DNA of 64,000 nt, taken from NCBI GenBank assembly GCA_003963075.1, contig RXJV01000016.1:140-64139 (forward strand). The letters run 5' to 3'. Numbering within the stretch: position 1 is the first letter of the stretch; every line of letters starts with the position of its first letter. The notes below the pieces were generated by a model. That model worked only from the letters and a program-made list of their open reading frames with translations, had not been told where the DNA came from and did no database searches. The stretch comes from Burkholderiales bacterium. GTDB taxonomy: Bacteria; Pseudomonadota; Gammaproteobacteria; Burkholderiales; Burkholderiaceae_C. Positions 39,628-49,735 of the stretch are shown here, piece by piece. The position numbers and the translations under genes were made by a program.

Positions 39628-42462
39628 TTAGAGGAACTTGTACTCGGCGGACAGACGCAGCACGCGGCCCATCACATCCGCCCGGTTGTCGGGAATGATG
39701 CCGCCTTGGCCAAAGCTGCGGTAGTCGATCGGGGGACGACTGCCGAGAACGTTGCGCAGATTTCCGGTCACGGTCAACGCCTTGGTCGGCCTCCAGCTCA
39801 CGTTGTAATCAAGCCGTTTGTCACTGCCGACCTTGCACTGCGAAGCGCTGAGCTTTTTGTTCTTGGCACAGTCATCGACGGTCCAGGTGGCGTCAAAGTA
39901 GTCCGCCGTCAATGTCGTGCTCGATGTCCAGAAGTAGCTCAGCGTGTGGGTCCAGTTGCCCAGGTCCTGGCTGGCGCGCAGCTTCGAGTTGAACCGCGGG
40001 TATGTCCAACGCCCCGCAAGATTGTCCCCATAACGCTTGTCCGAAGTGCTGTACTGCTTGAACTCCAACAGATAGGTGGAGTCAAAGCTCACCGACATGC
40101 GTCCCAACGGGTTGTTGAACTGACTGCTCATGGTCCAGTCAATGCCGCTGGTCTGGGTTTTTGCGAGGTTTTCGAACTGACCACTGACCAGCGTCAACCG
40201 GCCTGCACCAGGGGCATATTGAGCCACCTCAGCAGCGGTCTTGAACGTCGGGTCATTGTTGAAATTCGGCGCACGGACGATGGTGCCGGCCGGTTGCTGG
40301 GCCTCGGCATTCAGCAAATCCTGCGGGCTCTTGACGTTGATCTCATCGGTGCGCGTGATGTTGTAGTAGTCAACCGTCGTGCTGAAGAACTTCGCCGGCT
40401 GAAACCCGATGCCCAGCGTAAAGATCCTGGAGGTCTCGGGCTTGAGGCCGGGGTTGTTGCGCACCACACTCGCCACGCCCAGGCTGCACTCGTCGATGGC
40501 GTCGGCACGAGACTGCAGCAACGTCTTGTTCGGATCGCTATTCGGCAAGGCAGCCGCTGCGGCGGTGAGGTCGGCGATCAGCTTGCTCGCCGCATCACAA
40601 CGCTTCGGATCGCTCACTCCGGGGTTAAACGCCGACTTGCTCGACGCCGCACTCTCTGTCAGGTTGGGCGCACGGAACCCACCCTCGTAACCGCCGCGCA
40701 GCAAGAACTCCGGCAGCGGTTGAATGCGGAGTGCCAACTTCGGAGAGAAGTGCGCCGAGAAGCCCGGGAACTTGTCGAGACGCCCCGCGACCTGAGCCTC
40801 CACCGATTTGAGCAATGGCAGGCTGGCCTCGGTAAAGATCGCACCAAACGACCGGCCGGCATCCGCGCGCACGGTCCCGAGTCCCACGATGTCACCGGAA
40901 GCCGACAGCGCGTCCGGCGCGATCTTCATGTGCTCATTGCGCAGCTCGAACCCGGCCGCGATGTTGATGGCACCGCCGGGCAGGCTGCCGTACTCGCCAG
41001 AGACCTTACCGTCCAAGAACGTCTGGCTGACCTGGGCGTCGTAGCCGAACGCCGGGAACAGCCTGTCGATCACTGCTGCCGAGTTTGGCTTGCCGATCTT
41101 GTAACCGTTGGCCTTGTTGAAGAAGTCGGCGTCCAACACATCCTTGGTGTAGTCGCCAATCACCTCCTTGAACCCGCTGTCGCTGAACTGGCCCCGCGAG
41201 CGCTGCGTGGTCTTGCCGCCCATCACACCGATCGCGGTCTCCCAGTCCCAACCCTGCCAATCACCCTTGAGGCCGGCCAGCAGCCGGTACTGATCGGTGG
41301 ACACCTTGTTGGTCTGCCCGTCATCGACGAACCGGTAGCGGAATTCCACCTCATCGCCGGTCTGATTGAGCGGATGCTGGGCCGGGAGTCCGCGGAACAC
41401 GAAGGTGCGGGCCGCATTGGTGTTCGGATCACCCCACACGATATTCGCGGCTGCGGCGCCATAGGTCGTGTGCGCGCTGGAATAGGTGTTCTTGGTATTT
41501 GCGTAGAGCAACTCAGCGAAACCCTGCAGGTTCTGAGAGAGCTTCAGCTTGCCCGCGACGATACCGCTGACTCGGTCAGCTGCGGGCTGCACAGAGAAGC
41601 GCTGATAGCGGTCGTACATGCAGAGTGTCTTGGACGCGTTGAACGTGGTGCAACCGTCTACTGGGCCCTGTCCGATCACCGTCCCGGGGTAGCCGTAACT
41701 TGAGAAGCTGCCAAAGCTCGGCGAGAAATCCTTGTAGGCCGGGTTGCTGTACTGCAGCACGTCACGCCAGAAGAAGTCGCCCCGGTGGTAGTAGTCGATA
41801 TTGGCCAGCACGTTGAAGCCGTCGGCATTCAAGTCGCCAACGCCGCCCGTCACGGAGAACGACTGATCCTTGAACTGTTTGGACTTCAGCGATTCCTGCG
41901 CAGAACCACTCACACTGAGACCTTTAAAGCTGCTCCGCGTGACGATGTTGAGCACCCCGGCGACCGCGTCAGAGCCATAGAGTGCGGAGCCACCGCTTTT
42001 CAACACCTCGATCCGTTCAATGGCCTCGACCGGCAAAGAGTCAAGGTTGGAAAACACCTCGTTGTAGTCGGCAAGCGGATATGCCGCGATACGACGCGAG
42101 TTCAACAGCACCAATGTCGACTGTTTGCCCAGGTTGCGAAAACTCGCCCCGGTGCCACCATTGCCGAAGGAGTTGCCGCCATTGAGGTCGGACAGCGTGT
42201 TGCCATTGAAGCCGGGCAGCGTCTCGAGAAGGTCGCGCGTGGTGGCAACGCCAGAACGCTGGATCTCCTCGCGAGTGATCAGGGTGATCGGGTTGGCCGT
42301 CTCATCGCCAATGCTGATGCGCTTGATCCGGCTGCCGATGATCTCGATGCGCTCGAGCTCCTCACGTGCGCCAGGCGCGGCAGACTGGGCCAACGCGGGC
42401 CACTGCGACAGGCCTGCCAAGGCCAGAGCAACACAGAGAGGCTTCAACGTTTTGCACTTCAT
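39628..42462 (-). CDS. TonB-dependent receptor with atypical base composition
   Basis: Signal peptide, TonB box RIEIIGSRI, plug TLVLLNSRR and IERIEVLKSGGSALYGSDAVAGVLNI, C-terminal LSAEYKFL. Confidence 0.92.
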   Translation of the reverse strand: MKCKTLKPLCVALALAGLSQWPALAQSAAPGAREELERIEIIGSRIKRISIGDETANPITLITREEIQRSGVATTRDLLETLPGFNGNTLSDLNGGNSFGNGGTGASFRNLGKQSTLVLLNSRRIAAYPLADYNEVFSNLDSLPVEAIERIEVLKSGGSALYGSDAVAGVLNIVTRSSFKGLSVSGSAQESLKSKQFKDQSFSVTGGVGDLNADGFNVLANIDYYHRGDFFWRDVLQYSNPAYKDFSPSFGSFSSYGYPGTVIGQGPVDGCTTFNASKTLCMYDRYQRFSVQPAADRVSGIVAGKLKLSQNLQGFAELLYANTKNTYSSAHTTYGAAAANIVWGDPNTNAARTFVFRGLPAQHPLNQTGDEVEFRYRFVDDGQTNKVSTDQYRLLAGLKGDWQGWDWETAIGVMGGKTTQRSRGQFSDSGFKEVIGDYTKDVLDADFFNKANGYKIGKPNSAAVIDRLFPAFGYDAQVSQTFLDGKVSGEYGSLPGGAINIAAGFELRNEHMKIAPDALSASGDIVGLGTVRADAGRSFGAIFTEASLPLLKSVEAQVAGRLDKFPGFSAHFSPKLALRIQPLPEFLLRGGYEGGFRAPNLTESAASSKSAFNPGVSDPKRCDAASKLIADLTAAAAALPNSDPNKTLLQSRADAIDECSLGVASVVRNNPGLKPETSRIFTLGIGFQPAKFFSTTVDYYNITRTDEINVKSPQDLLNAEAQQPAGTIVRAPNFNNDPTFKTAAEVAQYAPGAGRLTLVSGQFENLAKTQTSGIDWTMSSQFNNPLGRMSVSFDSTYLLEFKQYSTSDKRYGDNLAGRWTYPRFNSKLRASQDLGNWTHTLSYFWTSSTTLTADYFDATWTVDDCAKNKKLSASQCKVGSDKRLDYNVSWRPTKALTVTGNLRNVLGSRPPIDYRSFGQGGIIPDNRADVMGRVLRLSAEYKFL

Positions 42463-42750
42463 GAGGGGTCCTTGCTCGTTGACCGGGCTTCGCAAGCTTG
42501 GTGGCGCATGTACACGAAGCAACATCCGGTTGGATGGGTTGAGAAACACCAAAATCACTCTAGGTTCAAGCTGCAGACCATCCACGCGGGTTTTCCCAAC
42601 AACGCAGCATTGGCGCCACTGCGCGAAAACACGAGGCCCGGCGAACTAAAAAATCTGCTGCGGCTCGCTGCCGTGACCCGCCCGGTTGCGGTCCAGCCGC
42701 CTTGCGTCGCCTCAAATCAAGAGGAATCTGCAAGCCCTAGCATCTGCACC

Positions 42751-43242
42751 ATGAACACCCTTGCCTGGACCGACTCCCTCGTCCTGAACCAGCCCCAGCT
42801 GGACACCACCCACCAGGAGTTCATCGAACTGCTGAACGCCTTCGGCGACGCGCTGGATGCCGGCGTGGACGCCCTGCCCGCTTACCACGCGCTGCTGGCC
42901 CACACCGAGGACCACTTCGCGATGGAGGAGGACTGGATGGCGCGCTGCGGCTTCGAGCCGCAGAACTGCCACAGCAGCCAGCATGCGATGGTGCTGAACG
43001 TGATGCGCGAGGCGCTGCGCTACGCGAACGAACTCAACGACCGCGAACCGCTGGGCATCCTGCGCAACGAGCTCGCGAGCTGGTTCCCGCAACACGCCGA
43101 GATGATGGATGCGGCGCTGGCCTGGACGATGGAGCAGCGCGGCTTCGACCCGGTCACCGGCAATTGCCGCGAGCCGGCCGCAACGGCCACTGCAGCCGAG
43201 GCGCCCGCCCACAGTTGCGGCGCGGGCGGCTGCAGCGGCTGA
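42751..43242 (+). CDS. Single-domain bacteriohemerythrin with Cys-containing tail
   Basis: Di-iron ligands THQEF, HTEDHFAMEE, HSSQH, WFPQHAEMMD. Confidence 0.9.
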   Translation: MNTLAWTDSLVLNQPQLDTTHQEFIELLNAFGDALDAGVDALPAYHALLAHTEDHFAMEEDWMARCGFEPQNCHSSQHAMVLNVMREALRYANELNDREPLGILRNELASWFPQHAEMMDAALAWTMEQRGFDPVTGNCREPAATATAAEAPAHSCGAGGCSG

Positions 43243-43271
43243 GTTCAGCCGTCATCGCGGCCCGGGCGGGT

Positions 43272-45173
43272 TCAGCCCTGCAGCAGGGCCTTGACCTGCG
43301 CCAGCGCGCTGGGGTCGTCCAGGGTCGTCAGGTCGCCCGGGTCACGGCCCTCGGCGACGGCTTGCAGCGCGCGCCGCAGCAGCTTGCCGGAGCGGGTCTT
43401 GGGCAGCAGGCTCACAAAGCGCACGCGCGACGGCCGCGCCACGGCGCCCAGCTGCTCATCCACACGCTTCATCAACTGGCCCTCCAGCGCCAGGGCCGCC
43501 TCGGGCGTGGCAGGCATCTCGCGCGGAATCGCAAAGGCCAGGGCCACCTGGCCCTTCAGCGCGTCGGCCACGCCGACCACGGCCACCTCGGCGATCGCCG
43601 GATGGCCGGAGAGGCATTCCTCGATCTCGCGCGTGCCCAGCCGGTGGCCGGCCACGTTGATGACGTCGTCGGTGCGACCGAGGATGAAGGTGTAGCCGTC
43701 GGCGTCGCGCACGCCCCAATCGAAGGTGGAGTAGACCTGCCGGCCGGGCACGCTGCTCCAGTAGGTCTTCACGAAGCGCTCGTCGTCGCCCCACACCGTC
43801 TGCAGGCAGCCCGGCGGCAGTGGATGCTCGATGACCAGCACGCCCTTCTGCTCGGGCCCGGTCAATTCGTCGCCGGTGCTCTCGTCCAGCAGCTTGACGC
43901 CATAGCCGTACATCGGCACGCCGGGCGAGCCGAAGCGTGTGGGCACCGCCTGCACGCCGGGGATGTGGTGGGCCACGGTCAGCAGCGGCCAGCCGGTCTC
44001 GGTCTGCCAGTAGTTGTCGATGATGGGCACGCCCAGGCTGTCGGCGATCCAGCGGCCGGTGGGCTCGTCCAGCGGCTCGCCGGCCAGAAAGAGCGCCCGC
44101 AGCGACGACAGGTCGTGGCGCTTCAGCAGGGCCGGGTCGTGCTTCTTGAGCACGCGCACGGCGGTGGGTGCGCTGAACATCACCGTCACGCGGTATTTCT
44201 CGACCAGACTCCACCAGACGGCGGCATCCGGGTTGACCGGCAGGCCCTCGTACATCAGCGTCGCCATGCCGGCGATCAGCGGCCCGTAGATGATGTAGCT
44301 GTGGCCGACGACCCAGCCGATGTCGCTGGTCGAGAAATAGGTCTCGCCGGCCTTGCCGCCGAAGATGTAGTCCATGCTCGTGGCCAGGGCCACCGCGTAG
44401 CCGCCCACGTCGCGCTGGACGCCCTTGGGCTTGCCAGTGGTGCCGCTGGTGTAGAGGGTGTAGCTGATGCGGTTGGATTCCAGCCACGTGACCGGTACGC
44501 GGCTGCCCCAATGGGCCTGGCGCAGTGCCGCGTAGTCCAGGTCCCGCCCGGCCACCGGCGTGAAGCTGGCCAGGCCGCGGTCCACCATCAGCACGCGCTC
44601 GGGCTTGTGCGCAGCCAGCGTGATGGCCTCGTCCAGCAGCGGCTTGTAGGCCACCACCTTGCCACCGCGGCTGCCGGCGTCCGCGCTGACGATGAGCTTG
44701 GGCGACGCGTCATCGATGCGGCTGGCCAGGCTCATCGATGCGAAGCCGCCGAACACCACCGAGTGAATGGCGCCGATGCGGGCGCAGGCCAGCATCGCGA
44801 ACGCGGCCTCCGGGATCATGGGCAGGTAGATCAGCACCCTGTCTCCCTCGCCCACGCCCTGGGCCTGCAGCAGGGCCGCAAACGCCTCCACCTCCTGCTG
44901 CAACTGCGCGAAGCTGTAGACCTTCTCTTGACCGACCTCGGTGGACACCCAGATCAGCGCGCGGTCGTCGGGCCGTGTCGCCGCATGCCGGTCCACCGCG
45001 TTGTGGCAGAGGTTGGTGGTGCCGCCGACGAACCAGCGCGCAAACGGCGGCCGGCTGGTGTCGCAAACCTGCTCGGGCGGTGTCTGCCAGTCGATGCGGC
45101 GAGCCTGCTCGGCCCAGAAGGCGTCACGCGCTGCCAGCGAGCGCTGGTGAAAGTCGGCATAGGTCTGCGTCAT
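43272..45173 (-). CDS. prpE: Propionate--CoA ligase (Acs/PrpE family)
   Basis: NLCHNAVDRH, YTSGTTGKPKGVQRD, DNYWQTETGW, GRTDDVINVAGHRLGTREIEE, PKTRSGKLLRR. Confidence 0.88.
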   Translation of the reverse strand: MTQTYADFHQRSLAARDAFWAEQARRIDWQTPPEQVCDTSRPPFARWFVGGTTNLCHNAVDRHAATRPDDRALIWVSTEVGQEKVYSFAQLQQEVEAFAALLQAQGVGEGDRVLIYLPMIPEAAFAMLACARIGAIHSVVFGGFASMSLASRIDDASPKLIVSADAGSRGGKVVAYKPLLDEAITLAAHKPERVLMVDRGLASFTPVAGRDLDYAALRQAHWGSRVPVTWLESNRISYTLYTSGTTGKPKGVQRDVGGYAVALATSMDYIFGGKAGETYFSTSDIGWVVGHSYIIYGPLIAGMATLMYEGLPVNPDAAVWWSLVEKYRVTVMFSAPTAVRVLKKHDPALLKRHDLSSLRALFLAGEPLDEPTGRWIADSLGVPIIDNYWQTETGWPLLTVAHHIPGVQAVPTRFGSPGVPMYGYGVKLLDESTGDELTGPEQKGVLVIEHPLPPGCLQTVWGDDERFVKTYWSSVPGRQVYSTFDWGVRDADGYTFILGRTDDVINVAGHRLGTREIEECLSGHPAIAEVAVVGVADALKGQVALAFAIPREMPATPEAALALEGQLMKRVDEQLGAVARPSRVRFVSLLPKTRSGKLLRRALQAVAEGRDPGDLTTLDDPSALAQVKALLQG

Positions 45174-45411
45174 GGCAGCCAGTGTGTACAGCGCGCACTG
45201 ACATCAGTCTGACCGGGGTCAACGCGTGACAGAATCAAGGGTATTCACGGACAAACCCGGCGCCCACGGCCGGGTTTGCCCTGAAAATCGCGCCCTTTGC
45301 GCGCGGCCATGTTGACTCTGCCGAACTGCCCCCCTAACCTGCGCGCCGCCGTCCCCCCTCCGCTACCGCGACCGCCCCCGGTCCGCATCTGATCCCGGCC
45401 CCGTCCTGCGA

Positions 45412-46149
45412 ATGCCCCTGGTGTCCATCGCTCCGCTGAACCGCCTTGCCGCTGCCTGCCTGCTGGCCGCCAGCGCCTGCGCGCATGCGCAGGGCGTGGC
45501 CCAGGCGGCGACGACACCGCCGCCGGGCACGATGATGGGCGCCTACGGCCAGAGCCTGCAGCAGCAGGCCACGCAGGACGTGGTGGCACCGGCCGCCAAG
45601 ACGGCGCTCGCGCCGACTGCCAACCCGAGCACCGCCAACAGCGCGGGCGACGCGGTGAGCCGCTTCCTGAGTGAACGCGGCCTGCTCAATGCGAGCGAAC
45701 CCAGTGCGCCGGCCCGCCTGCTGAACAGCGTGCGCGACACCGCCTCCGACCTGGTGCTGTCGGCGATGAACTTCCTCGGCGTGCGCTACACACGCGGCGG
45801 CAACTCGGTCGAAAACGGCTTCGATTGCAGCGGCTTCACCCGGCACATCTTCGAGATGAGCGTTGGCCTCGTGCTGCCCCGCCGCGCCGATGAACAGGCC
45901 AAGGACGGCAGCCTGCTGGCCATCCGCAAGGACGACCTGCGGCCGGGTGACCTCGTGTTCTTCAACACCATGAAGGCCACCTTCAGCCATGTCGGCATCT
46001 ACGTCGGCGAAGGCAAGTTCATCCACGCCCCGCGCACCGGCAGCGCGGTGCGGGTGGAGGACATGCGCGATGCCTACTGGGCCAAGCGCTTCACCGGCGC
46101 GCGCCGCGCGGACCTGAAGGCAGCGGGCGAGGGGCCGGTCACCCGCTGA
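45412..46149 (+). CDS. NlpC/P60 (C40) cell-wall peptidase, exported
   Basis: Signal peptide; GFDCSGFT, GDLVFF, SHVGIYVGEGKFIHAP. Confidence 0.93.
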   Translation: MPLVSIAPLNRLAAACLLAASACAHAQGVAQAATTPPPGTMMGAYGQSLQQQATQDVVAPAAKTALAPTANPSTANSAGDAVSRFLSERGLLNASEPSAPARLLNSVRDTASDLVLSAMNFLGVRYTRGGNSVENGFDCSGFTRHIFEMSVGLVLPRRADEQAKDGSLLAIRKDDLRPGDLVFFNTMKATFSHVGIYVGEGKFIHAPRTGSAVRVEDMRDAYWAKRFTGARRADLKAAGEGPVTR

Positions 46150-46174
46150 GCACTGCCTGCCGCGCTCCCCGCTG

Positions 46175-46504
46175 TCAGCCGGGTGGTGCCACAAACGTGC
46201 CGACGGCCAGGCCCGCCAGAAACGCGACCCCAGCGAAGAACAGCAGCAGCGCCAGTGGATCGCTGACTCTCGCCATTGGCCGTTCAGTCCCGACCACCAG
46301 CCACGCCGCGATCCTTTGCAACGGGGTCGAAGCTTGATCCTCAGGCTCTCGCGCACTCATGGCCGCGAGCGAGCCGAACACCAAGGTGACGAGCAGCCCT
46401 CCCAGCAGCACATCGCCCAGCCACGCGGAAGGAACCCCAAAGGGAGCCAGACCTCCTGCCATCGCGGCCACCGCCAGCACCAGCGCAGCACGGTTTCTGT
46501 TCAT
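46175..46504 (-). CDS. Small hypothetical membrane protein (about 3 TM segments)
   Basis: 109-codon hydrophobic ORF filling the gap after paaZ. Confidence 0.55.
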   Translation of the reverse strand: MNRNRAALVLAVAAMAGGLAPFGVPSAWLGDVLLGGLLVTLVFGSLAAMSAREPEDQASTPLQRIAAWLVVGTERPMARVSDPLALLLFFAGVAFLAGLAVGTFVAPPG

Positions 46505-46532
46505 CGTTGCGATGCCTGAGCGGGCGGTGTGA

Positions 46533-48569
46533 CTACCCGCGCTTGGCCACCAGCGTCAGGATTTCGTAGCTGGCACACAGCTCGCCACGCTGGTTGGTCA
46601 CGGCCACGTCCCAGCCGATCACGCCCTGGGCGGGCTGGTCGTCGCGCGGCGGGCGGTCGATCTTGCGCTTGGCGGTGAGCCGCGCCTGGATGGTGTCGCC
46701 AATCGCCACCGGCGTCACGAAGCGCAGGTTTTCGAGGCCGTAGTTGGCCAGCACCGGGCCCGGTGCCGGGCTGACGAACAGGCCCGCGGCCGCCGACAGC
46801 ACGAAGTAGCCGTGGGCGATGCGCTTGCCGAACGGCGACGCCTTCGCGGCCACCTCGTCGAAGTGCATGTAGAAGTAGTCGCCCGACAGGCCGCCAAAGG
46901 CCACGATGTCGGCCTCGCCGACCGTGCGGCGGTGGGTCAGCAGGCTCATGCCGACCTCGACATCCTCGAAGTAGCGCCGGAAGGGATGGACCTCGCTCTC
47001 GGTGACCGCGCCGCCGCGCTGGTACTCGCCGGTGACGGCCGAGATCATCGTCGGCGAGCCCTGCACCGCGCAGCGCTGCAGGTAGTGCTTCACAGCGCGC
47101 AGGCCGCCCAGTTCCTCGCCGCCGCCCGCGCGGCCGGGGCCGCCGTGCTTGAGCTTGGGCAGGGGCGAGCCGTGGCCGGTGTTCTCCAGCGCCGCCTCGC
47201 GGTCCAGCACCAGCATGCGGCCGTGCCAGGCGGCAAAGGTCGGCACCGCGTGGGCGGCGAGCGCCGGCGTCTTGGTGCAGACGGTGCCGACCAGGCTGCC
47301 ACGGCCCAAGGTGGCCAGGTGCAGGGCCTCATCGAAGTCGCCGTAGGGCATCAGCGTGGTCACCGGGCCGAAGGCCTCGACATGGTGGGCATCGCTCGCC
47401 GCCGCATCGCGCGCCAGCAGCAGCGTCGGGGCGAAGAAGGCGCCGTCGCCCACGCCCTCGCCCTTGGGCGCGAAGCCGTCCCGGGCGGAGAGCAAGACCT
47501 CGCACTGCGCCGCCAGCTGGGCCACGCGCTCGCCCACATCGGCCTGCTGGGCCTTGCTGGCCAGCGCGCCCATGCGCACCCCCTCCACCGCCGGGTCGCC
47601 CACCACCGTCTTGGCCAGGCGTGCCTTCAGCGCGCTGCCGACGGCCTCGACCAGCTGCCGCGGCACGATGGTGCGGCGGATGGCCGTGCACTTCTGGCCG
47701 GCCTTGGCCGTCATCTCGCGGGCCACTTCCTTGATGAAGAGGTCGAACTCCGGGTCGTCCGGTGTTACGTCGGGCGCGAGGATGGCGCAGTTCAGGCTGT
47801 CGGCCTCGGCGTTGAAAGGGATGCTTTTCTTCAGCAGATTGGGGTGGGCCTTGAGCTGCAAGGCGGTGTCCGCGCTGCCGGTGAAGGTGACGACGTCCGC
47901 CTCGTCCAGCCGCTCGAACAGGTCGCCCGTGCCGCCGATGATCAGCTGCAGCGCGCCCGCCGGCACCAGGCCCGACTCCACGATCAGGCGAACGCAGGCC
48001 TCGGCCACATAACTCGTCGCGGTGGCGGGCTTGACGAGGCAGGGCATGCCGGCCAGGAAGCTGGGCGCGAACTTCTCCAGCATCCCCCACATCGGGAAGT
48101 TGAAGGCGTTGATGTGCAGGGCCACGCCGCGCTTGGGCACCAGCACATGGCTGCCGATGAAATGGTTGTTGGCGCCGAGTCGCATCGGCGGGCCTTCGTG
48201 CAGCACATTGCTGCTCGGCAGGTCCTTGCCGCCGATGGAGGCGTAGGCGAACAGCGTGCCGATGCCGCCCTCGATGTCGATCCACGAATCGGCCCGCGTG
48301 GCGCCGGTGTGGGCGCTGATGGCGTAGAGCTGCTCTTTGCGCTCCAGCAGGTAGGCGGCCAGGGCCTTGAGCACCCGGGCCCGGTCCTGGAAATGGGTGC
48401 GCAGCAGCGACGGCAGCGCGGTGCCGCGGGCGTAGGCCATGGCTTCGGCGAAGTCCAGGCCCTCCTCGTGCGTGTGCGCGACGACGCGGCCGTTGATCGC
48501 GCTGGCCAGCGGCTTGGCGGCCCGGGTGCCGACCCAGCGGCCGGCGATGTAGCTCTGCAGCGTATTCAC
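46533..48569 (-). CDS. paaZ: Bifunctional oxepin-CoA hydrolase / 3-oxo-5,6-dehydrosuberyl-CoA semialdehyde dehydrogenase
   Basis: ALDH domain (HINAFNFP, FTGSA, EADSLN, AGQKCTAIRR, EAFGPV) plus MaoC domain (GDYFYMHFD, IAHGYFV); GTG start overlapping the upstream stop. Confidence 0.95.
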   Translation of the reverse strand: MNTLQSYIAGRWVGTRAAKPLASAINGRVVAHTHEEGLDFAEAMAYARGTALPSLLRTHFQDRARVLKALAAYLLERKEQLYAISAHTGATRADSWIDIEGGIGTLFAYASIGGKDLPSSNVLHEGPPMRLGANNHFIGSHVLVPKRGVALHINAFNFPMWGMLEKFAPSFLAGMPCLVKPATATSYVAEACVRLIVESGLVPAGALQLIIGGTGDLFERLDEADVVTFTGSADTALQLKAHPNLLKKSIPFNAEADSLNCAILAPDVTPDDPEFDLFIKEVAREMTAKAGQKCTAIRRTIVPRQLVEAVGSALKARLAKTVVGDPAVEGVRMGALASKAQQADVGERVAQLAAQCEVLLSARDGFAPKGEGVGDGAFFAPTLLLARDAAASDAHHVEAFGPVTTLMPYGDFDEALHLATLGRGSLVGTVCTKTPALAAHAVPTFAAWHGRMLVLDREAALENTGHGSPLPKLKHGGPGRAGGGEELGGLRAVKHYLQRCAVQGSPTMISAVTGEYQRGGAVTESEVHPFRRYFEDVEVGMSLLTHRRTVGEADIVAFGGLSGDYFYMHFDEVAAKASPFGKRIAHGYFVLSAAAGLFVSPAPGPVLANYGLENLRFVTPVAIGDTIQARLTAKRKIDRPPRDDQPAQGVIGWDVAVTNQRGELCASYEILTLVAKRG

Positions 48570-49711
48570 TTGATCAGCTTCCAGCCGCCGTTCTCGATCT
48601 GCACCATCACGCGGGCGCGCTGGTCCAGGCCCAGATGGTCTTGTGCGGACATATTGAACACGCCGTGCGCGCCGGCCAGGTTCTTCACCCCCTCCAGCGC
48701 ATCGCGCAGCGCGGTGCGGAAGGCCGGCGTGCCGGGCGGGGCCTTCTTCAGCGCCTCGGGCGCAGCGGCTGCCAGCAGCAGACCGGCATCCCAGGCATGG
48801 CCGCCGAAGGTCGACACCGTGCCCTTGCCGTGGGCGGCCTCGTACTTGGCGATGTAGTCCTGGGCGCTCTTCTTGACCGGATGGTCGGCGGGCAGCTGGG
48901 CCGCCACCAGCACCGGGCCGGCCGGCAGCAGCGTGCCTTCGACATCCTTGCCGCCGACGCGCAGGAAGTCGTTGTTGGCAATGCCGTGGGTCTGGTAGAT
49001 CTTGCCGGCATAGCCGCGCTCCTTCAGCGCCTTCTGCGGCAGGGCCGCGGGCGTGCCGGAACCGGCGATCAGGATGGCGTCGGGCTTGGCGGCGATGAGC
49101 TTGAGCACCTGGCCGGTGACCGAGGTGTCCGTGCGGTTGTAGCGTTCGCTGGCGACGATGTTGAGCTTCTTGGCCGCGGCGATCTTGTTGAACTCGCCCC
49201 ACCAGCCCTCGCCGTAGGCATCGGCAAACCCGATGAAGCCCGCCGTCTTGATGCCGTTGTCCACCATGTGGGTCACGATGGCCAGGGCCATCATGATGTC
49301 GTTCTGCGGCGTCTTGAACACCCAGCGCTTCTTCGCGTCGATCGGCTCGACGATGCGGGCCGAGGCGGCCATCGAGATCATCGGCGTGCCGGACTCGGAC
49401 ACCGCATCGATCATCGCCAGCGAGTTGGGCGAGGTGGTCGAGCCGATGATGATGTCGACCTTGTTGTCGGTGATCAGCTTGCGCGCATTGGCGACGGCCG
49501 TGGTGGTGTCGGAGGCGTCATCCAGGATGATGTAGTTGACCTTCTGGCCACCCAGGGTCTGCGGCATCAGCGCGAAGGTGTTCTTCTCGGGGATGCCCAG
49601 CGACGCGGCCGGGCCGGTGGCCGACAGCGTGACGCCGACATTGATGTCGGCCTGGGCGGCCAGGGCCAGCGATGCGGCGAGCGCCGCGGCGAGTTGCTTG
49701 AACCGGATCAT
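48566..49711 (-). CDS. ABC transporter substrate-binding protein (Liv/aromatic-acid type)
   Basis: Signal peptide, LSATGPAASLG, LDDASDT, DAYGEGW, YQTHG; no permease or ATPase genes adjacent. Confidence 0.9.
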   Translation of the reverse strand: MIRFKQLAAALAASLALAAQADINVGVTLSATGPAASLGIPEKNTFALMPQTLGGQKVNYIILDDASDTTTAVANARKLITDNKVDIIIGSTTSPNSLAMIDAVSESGTPMISMAASARIVEPIDAKKRWVFKTPQNDIMMALAIVTHMVDNGIKTAGFIGFADAYGEGWWGEFNKIAAAKKLNIVASERYNRTDTSVTGQVLKLIAAKPDAILIAGSGTPAALPQKALKERGYAGKIYQTHGIANNDFLRVGGKDVEGTLLPAGPVLVAAQLPADHPVKKSAQDYIAKYEAAHGKGTVSTFGGHAWDAGLLLAAAAPEALKKAPPGTPAFRTALRDALEGVKNLAGAHGVFNMSAQDHLGLDQRARVMVQIENGGWKLIK

Positions 49712-49735
49712 GGCGTGTCTCCTCGGGGGTTGTTG

